Notes: a model not told the origin generated them from the letters alone. 64,000 bases of DNA from Oikopleura dioica (GCA_907165135.1 OU015568.1:4278001-4342000), one strand, 5' to 3'. Numbered from the stretch's first letter, positions 23,708-36,646 are shown. Numbers and translations: made by a program.

Positions 23708-23800
23708 AAGACTCTTACTCAGGTTCTTACACAGGTTTTCGAGCCAAAATGCTCTTTTTCGCGGCTCGAAAACCTGTGTAAAAACCTGAGTAAGGGATCT
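23708..23800. repeat. Short palindromic element of the CCTGAGT family
   Basis: CTTACTCAGGTTCTTACACAGGTTTTCGAGCC faces GGCTCGAAAACCTGTGTAAAAACCTGAGTAAG. Confidence 0.65.
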
Positions 23801-25441
23801 TTTATTTGCATTAATAAGAAAGTAATGCCTAGGTGACGACACGTGATTCTGAAATTCTTAAGGAGGGGGTCGACGAGAAAAATTTTTTCGTTTTTTCAAA
23901 ATTTTGGTTATATTTTTGGATTCCTTATTAAAAAAGAAGCATTTTTGGTCTCCAGCTTTTCGCGGATTTATAAACTTTTTTTAACAAAATTTTCGATTTT
24001 GTGTCTGGATTCCGAGATTTTACGAAATTAAAAAGTTGGTTATATCACCCAAAAATAATCCTTATCAAATTTTTATGTGCTAGATATTGTTTTTTGATGA
24101 TTTTTTAATCATTATCAGTAAAAAATTCTGAGTCTCCGCGATTTTGGTAAAATTCCCTATGAAAAATGAGCAAAAATGACGATTTTTAGGAAAATCGGAT
24201 ATTTTAAATCAACAGTAAAAAAATTTTCACGATAAGCATCCCTTTTTTCATTGTCGCCGCTGTATTTTTAAGGGTTTAAACTAACTTTTAAAAGTATTTG
24301 ATGAAGAAAAAAAAATCCCGTTTTTGAGATTTTTTGGTCACGAGACATCCCCGCTTTGACCTAAATTTTACAAAATTTTTTGGAAAAAATTTTTTTTCTC
24401 GTTTTCGCCGCTGTATTTTTGAGACCCTTTTCTTTCCACGTAAATAGTCAGAATTTGCCTATCTAAGCAGGTTTTTCCGGATTTTTGGTCACAGAAATCC
24501 CGATTCTCGTCGACCTCCCCCTTAAGTGTTAGAGATATCTACATATCATTTTGTTCCTTGGAGCGAGCTGATTTCAAAAATGCAAAAAAAAAATTTTTTT
24601 TCGGTCACTTGGTTGGGCTCTGGGTCCCCAAAATCACCTTTTTGGCTTGTTTTTGAAAAATTTTGCATTACTTGCAAGCTCCCCAGCAAAAATGAGTACC
24701 ACCACCAGAAAGAGCAGGTCTTTTTACACTAGAATCCGCCTTCAAACCTTATTTTGATGAACCCTGGATGATGTCAAAATGTCTATTTGTATTTTCGTAT
24801 ATTTTTTCATATTGTTTAAAGTTTAAACCACCTGAAATTTTATAAATCATAAACAAAACTCGTCGTTGCGTCAGAAAAACTGCTCATTATTAACGAGTCG
24901 TTTTTTAACTGAAAATATACAGTTTATAATAGCGTAATTGCGCGTTGAAATGAATGATGTAATAATTTTCACCGGTATGATAAGCGTCAACAACAGCTCA
25001 AATTTGAAATTGCAAAATTCAATTCTATGCGTTTTCTTAAACAGCCACGTGACCCGAGATTAGCTGTTGTATAAGGAAGGGGAAAGCAACTAGATCGTGT
25101 AAGATTAAGACGGATAAGTCAAAAGCGGAAGAGCTTGGGAATTTTGTAAGCTCAAATCCCGTTTTTAGATGATGCTTATTTTTCCAGAGCTGGAAGGATG
25201 AAAAAGAAGGGATTCACCGCGAAGTGAATTATTCCGATAAGGTCAGAGACTTTTCTGATTCTTTGACAAAAATACAATTATTAAATTCAATAAGCGACAA
25301 AAACCACACGTTACCAAAAACCATTCGCCTTTTTTCAATAACCTTGATTTCGGGCCAAGATTTTGGCTCAAAAACCTGTGTAAAAACCTTACTCAGGCTT
25401 ATGCAAGCTTTCTCAGAACCTGACTCAAGTTTTAAGGGGCG

Positions 25442-25859
25442 CACTGGTTATGTCGCCGAATGTCGCCGAATGTCGCCGAATGTCGCCGAATGTCGCTGAA
25501 TGTCGCCGAATGTCGCCGAATGTCGCCACTTATTTTCGAAAAGATAGGAATTATGAAAGAAAAATTGTTATTTTGGCTCATATTTTCAAAACAAACTTGT
25601 TCTAGAACCGAAAAAGGCGGAAATAGGAGGAGGCGCGGCAATAGAAGTGTGTCCAGCCCGACCAGTGAGTTTCCTACCACAAATTGCGCGGAGCGCTACC
25701 TTGTCTCGAAATCATGCTCAAACAGTTCTAGAACAAGTTTGTTTTGAAATTTCTTGGTTAAAAACCAGTTTTCTTTCCAAAAATCCTGGTTTTGAAAATA
25801 GGTGGCGACATTCGGCGACATTCGGCGACATTCGGCGACATTCGGCGACATAACCAGTG
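25442..25859. mobile_element. CACTG-terminated (EnSpm/CACTA-like) non-autonomous element with 10-bp subterminal tandem repeats
   Basis: CACTGGTTATGTCGCCGAA...TTCGGCGACATAACCAGTG. (TGTCGCCGAA)n at the left end and its reverse complement at the right. The TSD is not perfect (GCG vs TCG). Confidence 0.75.
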
Positions 25860-26601
25860 TCGACCAGTTTTAACGCAGGTTACCATACTCAGACATTCAT
25901 GTGTTTTTATGGCAGGGATACCCTTAAGTCTGGCCAATCCAAACTGACCAAAACTATCTGTATCCCTCCATTTTTCGTCCCCAATTAGCCCTGTCGCCGG
26001 AAAAATTGCACAAAATTTTTGAGCAAGCAGGTGACAAAGATTTTGCGGGGGGCTTTAGAGTCCGCGAAATCCGCGAAAAGAATGAGAGAGAAACGCGAAA
26101 AAGCGGAACAAGCGGAACAAGCCGACGTTTTGTCGCCCCTATTTTCACGCTCTTCTTTTTCGTTAAAATCCGACAAGCCACTTTTCCTTTTCGAAATTTT
26201 GAAGAACGCGTCTTCCTGAGCAAACGTGATTTGCGGGATTAAGGGTGTCCCGAGCTAAATTTTTCAGAAGAAAAAAAAGAAATTTTCTTTCTGTAAATTT
26301 TTTGCTTATTTTTCGCTTGTCAAAGATCAGTTATTGCATTTTGATTAACCTTAGCTAATCTGGCTTGAGAATTTAGTAAATATTTACTGTTATCGAAAAA
26401 GACCAGATTTTCAAAGGAAACAATTATCCCCCGCGTGAAATCGTGATGCCAAAATAGAAAGGGGAAAGATAAGGAAAACCAAATTAACAGCGAAAAATAT
26501 AAACAAAAACGTCACTCTAAAACGTGAAGGGGAAATTCTTAACCTTAAGGGTGTCACGTCCAAAATTCTGATTTTTCTGAAAATGATTTTTCGTCTTTTA
26601 A

Positions 26602-27339
26602 GGGACCCGGGCGAGTAACGCGAAGACCAACTTCACGCGCTCGCCATTGATCTTTCAGAAAAGCTTTTGAAATTTCTTTTGCTAAACATATCTTCATTCC
26701 CTCAGCTTTCACCTCCAATTTTCAGATTTTTATATCATTATTAATTCTTGAGCTAGGATGAATAAAAGAAGCGCAACTTCAAAAGGATTCAACTCCTGCA
26801 AACTTCATTTTATTTTTATGAAACCAGCACCATTGAAAAGCCCATTAAATTCTGAACAGATTCCACTTAATGCGCTAAGCTGAAACTTTACTTATTGCCC
26901 TTCGCGCGCTGATAAACAAAAGAACTTAGCGCGCGCCCAGCGGGAATCATGTCCCGGGAGCCCAAAATACCCCAAAATAGCCCGATCGGAGCGTCCTGCC
27001 AAGCTTCGAGCGCTAAGTTCTTTGTTAATCAGCGCGTGAAGGGCAATAAGTACAGTTTCAGCTTAGCGCATTAAGTGGAATCTGTTCAGAATTTAATGGG
27101 CTTTTCAATGGTGCTGGTTTCATGAAAATAAAATGAAGTTTGCAGGAGTTGAATCCTTTGAAGTTGCGCTTCTTTTATTCATCCTAGCTCAAGAATTAAT
27201 AATGATATAAAAATCTGAAAATTGGAGGTAAAAGCTGAGGGAATGAAGATATGTTTAGCAAAAGAAATTTCAAAAAGCTTTTCTGAAAGATCAATGGCGA
27301 GCGCGTGAAGTTGGACTTCGCGTTACTCGCCCGGGTCCC
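26602..27339. mobile_element. 738-bp foldback MITE flanked by TTAA
   Basis: TTAA-GGGACCCGGGCGAGTAACGCGAAG...CTTCGCGTTACTCGCCCGGGTCCC-TTAA, with ~330-bp near-perfect inverted arms and an ~80-bp loop. Confidence 0.9.
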
Positions 27340-27579
27340 TTAAAATTGTTCAAAAAAAGAAGTTATGGCAAATGAGGTAGCGGTCAGCACGTGAATCGGA
27401 GAAAAAGGTTGAGGCGGCCACAAAAGAGATTTCCCAAAACGGAAGCTAGTCACCGAGCCACTTTGATCTTCCTCCAGCCGACGTGGGACACGGCTCGATT
27501 TACGCAACTAGTCAATTCGGTTGTTAACCAAAACTAGAAGAAGCAGAAAATGAACACTTTTCGTGAAAAAATAACTTAA

Positions 27580-27764
27580 GGGTATCACATTGAAAAGCTA
27601 AATTTACTTGATTTTCTTGAGGCTTCGCTCGAAAACCTGTGTAGAGAACCTGAGTCAGGATTTTCCTCAGGATTTCCCTCAGGCCCTGACTCAGGTTTTT
27701 ACACAGGTCTCCGAGCGAAGCCTCAAGAAGAATCAAGTAAATTTATTTTTCAATGCGATATCCT
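27580..27764. mobile_element. Hairpin MITE combining TAAGGGT termini with a CCTGAGTCAGG core
   Basis: GGGTATCACATTGAAAA...CTTGAGGCTTCGCTCG...CCTGAGTCAGG pairs with CCTGACTCAGG...CGAGCGAAGCCTCAAG...TTTTCAATGCGATATCC. Confidence 0.7.
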
Positions 27765-30109
27765 AAAGTTTTCTCAGCTGTTTTTAGACGAGATATATAT
27801 TTCGCAAATAAAATCCGGAAATTGGTGTCTCGCGTTAGAGGAGGCATAATTTCCCCGAAAAATTAATTCTCGACATGCGCCCATTTCCTCAATTTAGCTT
27901 GGGACAGAATTTCGTTTCCTTAGAACGAGGCAAAAATTGAGCCGCGAAAAGTGTGTTTTCTGATCTTTCGAATTTCGTGCTTTCGATGACAGTCTTGTTT
28001 ACGCCAGGTGCTCCTTTCGGTCCACGCCCGGAATGGATTAACCAAAGTCCTTTTTTCGCGCACCTTTCTGAGGAACTAGCGGATAGGAGGCGGATTTCCG
28101 CGGGTTAAAACTTACTTTTCTTTTCTGCAATTCTGGTTATTTTTTGCTTTTATTTGTAAAAATCAATCATCATAATCAAAGATCATTTTTACCATTAATC
28201 ATATCAGCAATATTTTCAAAGAAATCAATTTCTACCAAGTTTCTAGTCTGATTTTTACTAATGAAGTAGCAAATTAACATTCTTGTTTTTCAAAGCAATT
28301 TTTCATAGTTTGAATTAGGTGTCCCGATTCGGTAATAATTAATACTGTGTTATCAAAAACATTTTATACAACTGTACCATAATTTACGATAATTTCCTCA
28401 TAACAATAGTCTTTTATCAATGCATTAAACTAAGTTGTCATTAAATAGATAATATGAGTCATAATTCATAAAATTTTAACAAAAATTCATTTTTTTTATT
28501 CTAAAAATCGCCTTTTTAAAATCAAAAATATGCCATTTTTCCTGATTTTCATTCTTCACTAAGCAGATCTCTTGTCATAAATTTTTCTCTCTGATATTGG
28601 AAAGATTTATCATAAAATAATTAGAACACAAAATAAATTGATGAAAAGAATCTATCTTTTTTTTTCTCGAAGAAAGAATTGAGCGTAGGTTTTTTCGGAA
28701 ACCGTTGATCGAGAAAACTCACTCGCGCGCGGAGTTTGCTCGTTTGCGCCATCGCGCATGTTCATTGGCGCAGTGGCGCGAGAGAGGTGAGTCGAACGGA
28801 CATGAGTTTTCATGATCAACTGAGTGCGTATAATTGATCTTATGATAATAAATCAGTAACTGTAAGGAATTCATTCAACAATGATAAAAGAACAAATTTT
28901 AAGAAAAAAATCTTTTAAAATTTGGGCTTAAAAATCTCTGCAGCTCAAAAATCGACTGTTTTCTTCACAATTTGTTTTCGAGTAAAGCCTGATATTTTAA
29001 CGCGTAAGAATGGGCTACCTCGCTGTAAGTCGGAACTGTTTTATTTGTCCGAGGCAAGATAATGACTCGTTGCGGAACTCATTTTTGCGAAAAAATCCAA
29101 ACATCTGCGGTGAAAATTGCTTCTTTCTTTTTTTGAACCTATTTGAAATAGGCTATTTCCTCTTCGTGGCTTTTCAGACTCAAAATTTCCATTTCAAATT
29201 TTTGCTTCTTGGACATGAACTTTGAGAATCTCGATATTTTTTTAATTTCACTGTGACACCCTTATTTTTTGAGCGAAAAAGTGCTACTGCGAGTATTGGT
29301 ATTATTATCTATATTCACTTTCTTCTGTCCATCTGGCGGCTCAGCAGGTTGTTATCAAACACCGAAGCTATGGCTTACGTATGAAGGCTTTTGTTGATAA
29401 GGCGGAACTCTTTCACGAGCAGAAATTGATTATCTGGCGTCCAAATTATTAGTCTCTCCAATTCCCTTTTCGTCGTTCCACGAATTCGACGTGTTGCATA
29501 AGCCAAACTACCTCCTTCATTCAACAAATCCTTTTTGCCAAAACTAAACCTTAGTCGACTGAACAACCGAAAAACGAGAAAAAACAGTTTGTCATTAATT
29601 TTTTCCACATAAAAAGGCATTGCCGTTCGATCCTTATTCGAAAAAATCTAGTATTCCAAGAGAGTCAGCCGATAATAAAATGATTTATCCGATTTTAATG
29701 ACGTTTTAATCAGCCATCATCAAATTAGGCCATAATGGGAGTGTCAATCACTGTTAATTCAAAAATCAATACCTTTTTCTCTTCCTATAAAATGATCGAA
29801 TCAAGCTGATCTCAGCAGAAAATGAAGCTTCTTGAAATCCTTTTACTCATAATACCAGTTTTTTCAAAAGCGGCATTTCCCGCCTGGCACTTTCAATCTG
29901 CTGACAATCCTCGTCATCAAGAGTAAGTTTGTTGTGAAGCGTTGAAAATCATTAAGTTTTTAGGAGTCTTGATATCATGGAATACCTTCATCATCGACAA
30001 AAGCATGTTGATCATATGTTAGGAGTATTCGACAATAAAAATGATTAATTTAAGAAAAATAAAACCAAATCTTAAAGCTCTTTCTTTTATTCCCAAGAAA
30101 AAACTATCA

Positions 30110-31314
30110 GAAATTATCCAGCATAACTGCATCTTCGTCGTTCACTTTCCCTAAAAGCCAATATTTACACCGATTCTAAATTGTTAACCCGTACCTTGCA
30201 GACTTCTCCTCTTGAGAACAACAAAAATGCAAGTGATAACTGTCGTAACAAGCAAAATACTGTTCATTGAAATGACCAAATTCGTCCAGTCGAAAATGAA
30301 AGAATTATTGATGATTTGCTCCGCCCAGTTGTTGTCATTTCTGATGAGGTATTCCAAGAACTCGTATTTGTCCAATCTTAGTTTTCCAAAAGTCGAGTCG
30401 ATATTTATTGCCAGTTCCAGTAATTTGCCTTCATCTGGTCCTGGCAAGAAGAGATAGCTCTCTCGCTGAATAGAAAAAATTATCAATAAATTCAAAAAAA
30501 GGGTTTTACATGAAAATTCGTTCTTTTTCCTTCCCAATCAAAAAATTCTTCTTCCAATAAATCAACGTCCAATTCCACTGAAATATCTTCAAATAACTCC
30601 TCCATGTCAAAATGATCACGGTTCTCCGGAATATTTTGAAGAAAATTTTCCAGATAAAAGATAATTTCACTGTCAAAGTAATTGTCCAATCGATCGTTTC
30701 CGACAGTTCCAAAAATGCGAATCGCGCTTCCAAGAGCCACCATAAGTCCAAACAAAGATGCGAGAACGATGGATAAACACATGTAGCTCACGAAGACAAG
30801 ATTTGCTTCCGATCGAGATGCGGCAAACATCAGACAAAGGGGTATCAAGCCGCATAACGGGGGAAGAAGGACTGAATTGCAGTTCTTATTTTACTATAAT
30901 AATAATTTATGATTATAATTATATTATATTTTTTTTTTATTTTTTAATATAATAATAATTAATCATATAAAATTTATTAAATTAATTATTTGATAATAAA
31001 ATAATTATTTTTAATTTCGAAATAATTCTTACTAAATTTCTTTTTAGAAAAGCATTAATGATGAATCATTAATTATTTCTCTTACGTAAATATTGCAAAG
31101 AAGCGCAGATTTGCGCCAAAATCGTCTCAAAAACTTCATTCTTCAAAAGCGCCCCTGCTCCAATCTCAAATCTCAGTGCACTTGCTTGAATCCAAACTTC
31201 AAAGTTCTCTTTCTCGAATCGCGGAAAGTACACGCCAGCGACAATGATAACTGCAAGAAAGACAAGTATACTGATAGCAAAAACGAGATAATATTTTCTG
31301 TTTTGGCCGCACAT
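30110..31314 (-). CDS. Four-TM protein with tetraspanin-like topology (divergent)
   Basis: ORFs 31069..31314, 30492..30848 and 30184..30537 give TM1 (LVFAISILVFLAVIIVAGVYF), closely spaced TM2/TM3 (MIPLCLMFAAS; LVFVSYMCLSIVLASLFGLMVALG), a large acidic loop and TM4 (LVISMNSILLVTTVITCIFVVLKRR). No CCG motif seen. Confidence 0.5.
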
Positions 31315-33708
31315 CTTTTTGAAAAGAAAAAAAAATTGATGACTTGTCCGGGATTTGATAATTATAGCGGTCGTAAAAAGAGTGAATGATCCGTTTCGAC
31401 GTCATCAAGCAAAAGAAGTTAATCACGTGATTTATGCCTGTTGCTCAAAAGAGACGAAGAAAGCTGTACTTAGGAATTACGAAAATGATAGTTGAAATCC
31501 GACCGCGGATTTGTCAATTCAATCAACTAAATACCCGTAGATGATTTTAAGCTGCTTGAGGGTTATTTACTCGAATGCTCGGCTAAATTCCTGATTTGAC
31601 AAGAATTCGTGGCATTTTCCTGGACCTCAGAGAATGAATTATGAGGAAGATACAATAAGGGTACCGTATCACCAACTTTTACTTGGCAAATCTTTCTGAA
31701 AAAGGGGGGTATCTATGTTTATTCTGATAAAATTAACCACCTGTGCTCAACTGAATTAATATTTCTAGAGAAATTTTAAGAGGAAAAAATAGTTTATGAT
31801 ATGTCATCCCTTAATTTATCGAATTTGTTCAATCAAAGATTCCTAATTGCTCGATAATAAGCAAATTTGAAGAGGTGATAACTTATAAGGAGCACTTATT
31901 GATTTCAATTTAGAGAACCATTATTGCGGTCTTCCGATGAAAATTTCAAAACAAACTTAAAATCGCTGTCCGTCTCGTTATCAAAATTTATCCATTCCGC
32001 TATCGTATTTACGCTCCATTCAGCTCCTTTAGTTGGCGAAACAAATTTTTCGTCCGGCATATATTTCCGTTAAAGGCGGCCGTACCGGGTAATATTTTGG
32101 ACATATAAATCGAATATTCAAAGAAGGAACTCAAGATTTAAGGGTTTTCGATTTTTAAAAAACGCAAAATTTTGGTCAAATTTTAGTCGAAACTTGTCTA
32201 TCCAATCAAATTAACGCATTTAACGCTTGGGCCAATCAGATTTCAGGAAAAAATGATCATTATGTTTTATCAAATGATTCTGTAGAAGACTGTATTAATA
32301 ATTGAGCAATGGAGTTTTCCTTAAGAAAGATAAAATGTCAAGTTGTGAATGAAATTGTCGGGTTCTTGAAAGAAATCGATGGAAGTTATTTTTTGCGATT
32401 GAGGAAAAGAAGAGATAAAGAGCCGATTTCTAAAATAAAATCCGGTGAGAGGTAATGACTGCCTAGCCGCGGACGCAAGGCCTTTCAGGAACTCACCTGA
32501 TCCCTTACTTAAGGTAAGCTCACTGCTAGAACGCTCAAGAAAAATTTCGTTCACGGGAAATAAATCAAAATAGCTGAATCGGACGCTTTTTGAAATACTT
32601 TGGAGAAAAGATGCTTTATTCATTAATTATGCGAAAAAATGCAGTTCTGTTTCCTCTCTTTTCCGAATCTTCAGACAAAAATGAATGTGTAGCAGGGTTC
32701 ACCTTTTGCTCTCCCTTCCCGACCTCAGGATTCCTCAGAAACATGAAGAATTCAGAGCTAAGCTCGCAAAAAGAACTCAAAGCCGTTTTTTCGTGGCAAA
32801 TTGGCGGCTGACCTTTTTCGCATCTGGCACAGAAGCAGGTGCAGAAGGAATTTAACATTTTCCGAAGCTCAAAAAACCAGATCATTTTTGAATATTCTGG
32901 TTTTCGTTCAAGAAAAAAAGTAAGACGGAAAAATGTTTTATTTAAAAATAAAACGGATTGATGGATTGTAATCCGGGGTTAAATCCATTCGAAATCACAG
33001 CCGTGATGACCAAAAAGGGATGAGCGCCGCTTCAATCGAAACCGGTCGGATTATCCTTACGGATCGAATTGAGCCTTTCTCATAACACCACCCTGACGCC
33101 GTTTTCACGCGTTTTTCGATAACATCAAATATACAATTTAAAAAGAACTCCGAATATTAAACAACTAGAAATTCGAACTGGTTAAATGGGTCAAACAAGT
33201 CTTGAATTAATAGCTGAAATAAGGGTGTCGCTATGTATATTTTCGGGGGAAAGCCAAAGCCCTAAAAGTCACGTTTTTTATTTAAAAAATTTCAAAATTT
33301 ATTTTGATAATGGAAAAAATTTCATCATGAAAATCAAAAAGAATGGATTGACATTTCTATTGCATCAAGAAATCTGGAAAATCAGCTTGCGCTCGTTATC
33401 TCCGAAAACAAATCTCCCGCCGACAAAATCAAATCGACCTTTTGCCGGAAGAACGAAAATACCAAGCTCTTTGAAGGCTTACAAGAGCCGACGAGAAATT
33501 CGAATTTTATGAAACAGATCATCTCAGACACGTTGATTCTTCCTTGAAAAACGCATTTTTGCAATTCAGATTTCAATTATAATTCGTGAAAAGGGTCTAA
33601 ATTTGCCAAAAATACGACAAATCTTGGCCGAATCAGATTTCCTCATCATTTAGGACGGCCAATCAGATTTCAGAAAGAAAAATTGAAAATCATATTTTCG
33701 TCGAAAAG

Positions 33709-33840
33709 CGTCTCTTTTGCCGAAAATCGTCTCTTTTGCCGAAAATCGTCTCTTTTGCCGAAAATCGCCTCTTTTGCCGAAAATCGTCTCTTTTGCCGAA
33801 AATCGTCTCTTTTGCCGATAATCGTCTCTTTTATCGAAAT
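33709..33840 (+). repeat. 19-bp minisatellite, about 7 copies
   Basis: (CGTCTCTTTTGCCGAAAAT)n with few substitutions. Confidence 0.9.
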
Positions 33841-34204
33841 AAACGACGATTGGAGCCGCTTATCTATAAATTTTCTGGTATCTTAAAGATTTGTAAGCAT
33901 CTTTGTACCGAAACTAATCACTCCTCTCAAATTGCCTCTTCTATCAAAATTTCAAGTCATCACGAGCGTTTCTTTTCTGATTTTCTTCTTGACCAAAGCA
34001 CGTGTTTTCCGATAACAAATCTTTATTGACCCCCGTTTTTTCTTCGTTTTCTTAGAAAAATCCTTCGAGTGGAAGCTTCTTTTAGAAGCGCTGGAAAAGA
34101 ACCTTAGAGGTGCCGCATTCCACGGTTGAGCTTTTAAGTGACCGAGAGCGCGTCTTATGTGAAGTGAAAGATAACCTAGTGGATTTTGTGTAAGTTGCCT
34201 CAGA

Positions 34205-34800
34205 GCACAGCTCAAGCAGCGGATTGATTCAACTCGAGAGCCAGCACATGCGCCGCGGCTGATCTTTCACAACTGTCAACAGATATTTTTACAAAGAGTT
34301 TCTTCGAAAAGAAGAATCGCAAATTTTGCTTCATTACTGCTGAGCTAAGCTGAGCTGACCTAAGAGAAAATTTCTTTGAGCTGAGCTGAGCTGAGGTGGT
34401 CTTTTCAAGGGTCATTGAGCTGAGCTGAGCAGAGTTTCTTTTTTTATAGTTCATTGAGCTGAGCAGATATTTTCTTATGACACTTGAGCTGAGCTGAGTA
34501 GACCCTTTTTAGAGCTGAGCTGAGCTTGTTTTTACTGTTTTTTACAAGTAAAATAGTGCAATCTGACCTGTGTAGTCTAGCCCAACATCATTGAATTGGG
34601 CTGAGATGAGTGATGATTGTGTGAGCTGAGCTGAGCAAAGCAGATCATGTCGAAAGAAGATTGAGCTGAGCTGAGCTGAAATGATTGATAATTGTTTGAG
34701 CTGAGCTGAGCTGAGGAGGCCACATCATTTTCGAAAATCACTGAGCTGAGCTGAGCGACTGCTCAGCTCACGCCGCCGGCTCAGCTCACTCAGCTCACCA
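34205..34800. repeat. Cluster of (GAGCT)2-4 pentamer blocks
   Basis: About ten blocks of GAGCTGAGCTGAG spaced 30-60 bp apart, ending in inverted GCTCAGCTCA copies at 34761-34798. Confidence 0.75.
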
Positions 34801-35797
34801 AGTTTGCAACTCAGACGAAAACCGCTCATATTATTTGATATTTATTGGAGATTCAAAAAATCGAAGTCAAAATCGCGAAATATCAGTTCGGTAGATAGAT
34901 AAGCTCGGAGTTGGAAAATAATTTTCCTGGCGGTAGCGTGATAGCGCAAGAAAAACGATAAGACCCGTCTAGGCAAGCCGTACTCTGAAGTTAACCCTAA
35001 TGAATGGTCGGCCCATCTTTAGAGCCAGTAATCGGAATAGCGCATAAAATTTGAAATTTTAGAATTGGAATTTTATTTGAAGAAAAAACGGCAACGGAGT
35101 TTTTTTTCTGAAAACGAAAACGAGAGAATGAGGAGGAGGAAGTTGCAATTAGTGATTCTTTTTTCGCTTTTCCGGAGTAAGACGCAAATTTTCGAATTCT
35201 TTCGAGCGATCGATCATCCAATTGCTCGGAGGAATGCAGATCCGGTCGGAAGCGCTACGGGCTCACGTGACCCACTCACGTCACTTTTTGGAACGCGCAA
35301 ATCAGCCATTTAGCTCGTTGTTTGAAAATACTCGAAATTGAAAATGTTTATTAGATTCTGGAAGCTTCTCAGAGGATGAACTTCTTAAATATTTTTCCTT
35401 TTTCATATTGATTGAGCGATTTTTCTTACACCCCGTATTTTCACGAAAAAGCGTTTGAAGAAGGCGACCCCTAAAACATGTTTACTTGCCGACTTGAGTG
35501 AGTAAACAGAAATTAATCGTCGGACCCTACAAATTAACGCGGCCACTTTGGACGCTGCAAATTTGCAAAATTTAAAACTCACAAAAAGCTCCACCTCAGC
35601 GAAAAGAAAGTTTATATTTCTAATTTCCAGACACATTTTGAATTACGTGTAGATTAAAAGGCATCTTCAAACTAGAAGACACGTTTCCGAAACACGCATT
35701 TTACAAGTTTAAAGCATCTTGAGTGAATTTTCGTCTTGCTAATTGGCTCATGTTGGATTTGCTTTTTGCTTGGTTTTGGGTTGAAGATGAAAAAATG

Positions 35798-35994
35798 GAA
35801 GTGCATATTCGGATGACCAATAAGATTGTTGTATTTGTCTCCCCGGCCAATCAAAATCCTGATCGATAAAACAGATGAAAAATTTTCTTATTTTAGGAAA
35901 GAACCTAAAAATGGGACTGATTTTACGAATGAAAGTTTTGATTGGCTGGTTATCCAAATACAGCAATCTTATTAGTTATCGACAAATGCACTTC
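35798..35994. mobile_element. ~200-bp palindromic MITE (copy A)
   Basis: GAAGTGCAT...CCAATAAGATTG(T/C)TGTATTTG...GGCCAATCAAAA pairs with TTTTGATTGGC...CAAATACAGCAATCTTATT...ATGCACTTC. Confidence 0.7.
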
Positions 35995-36442
35995 TATTTT
36001 TGGCGAAGAAAAAATTTTTTCGGTCACTTTGAAAAATTTTGAGAATTTGAATGACGAGCTAAATCTCTTCAAAATTGCCCGTGGGAACATGTTTTTCCGT
36101 TTCCTCCTTCTTGAGCGTCCATTATCTCTTTAACGTGAATTTATTAGCGCTTGTTAGAAGCTCACCTCATTACTCCTTCTCTCCCGAGCGAAAACAGAAA
36201 AAAGCGGAAGAAATTAAAGTTGCCCAATTTCTGAAAAAGCCGGATTGTGGTCGCCCCTCCGAGCCTGTTGAGCCCTAAGCCGATTCGAAGATCTCCAACG
36301 ATTCAAGCAAAAATAAGATGCTTTTCGCTGAGACAAAGTCGGTTCAGAAGAAATAGGAATTACTTTTTAAGCGGTTTAAGAAATTATTGAGATCAAGAAA
36401 ACACGTTTTTTTTCTCAGAATAATTGACAAAGAGACAAAAAC

Positions 36443-36646
36443 GAAGTGGCATTTGTAAGGCCAATAAGCTTGCTGTATTTGGCCAGTCGGCCAATCAAAA
36501 TCAAGGTCCATAGAATCACTTCCTTTTCTGGGTTTTGCCCTAAAATTGGGTCAAACAAATTTATGAAAATGATTTTACGGATCAGGGTTTTGATTGGACG
36601 GTAGGCCAAATACAGCAATCTTATTGGTAATCCAAAAAATCACTTC
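36443..36646. mobile_element. ~200-bp palindromic MITE (copy B)
   Basis: Same arm motifs as 35798-35994 with a diverged loop. Confidence 0.7.

Noticed and set aside
25432-25853. ORFs with VAECRRMS / HSATFGDIRR repeats
   Set aside because: Read-through of the (TGTCGCCGAA)n subterminal arrays.
34340-34760. Resemblance of (GAGCT)n to immunoglobulin S-mu switch repeats
   Set aside because: No Ig genes nearby, no GGGGT units, and the inferred organism lacks class switching; treated as coincidence.
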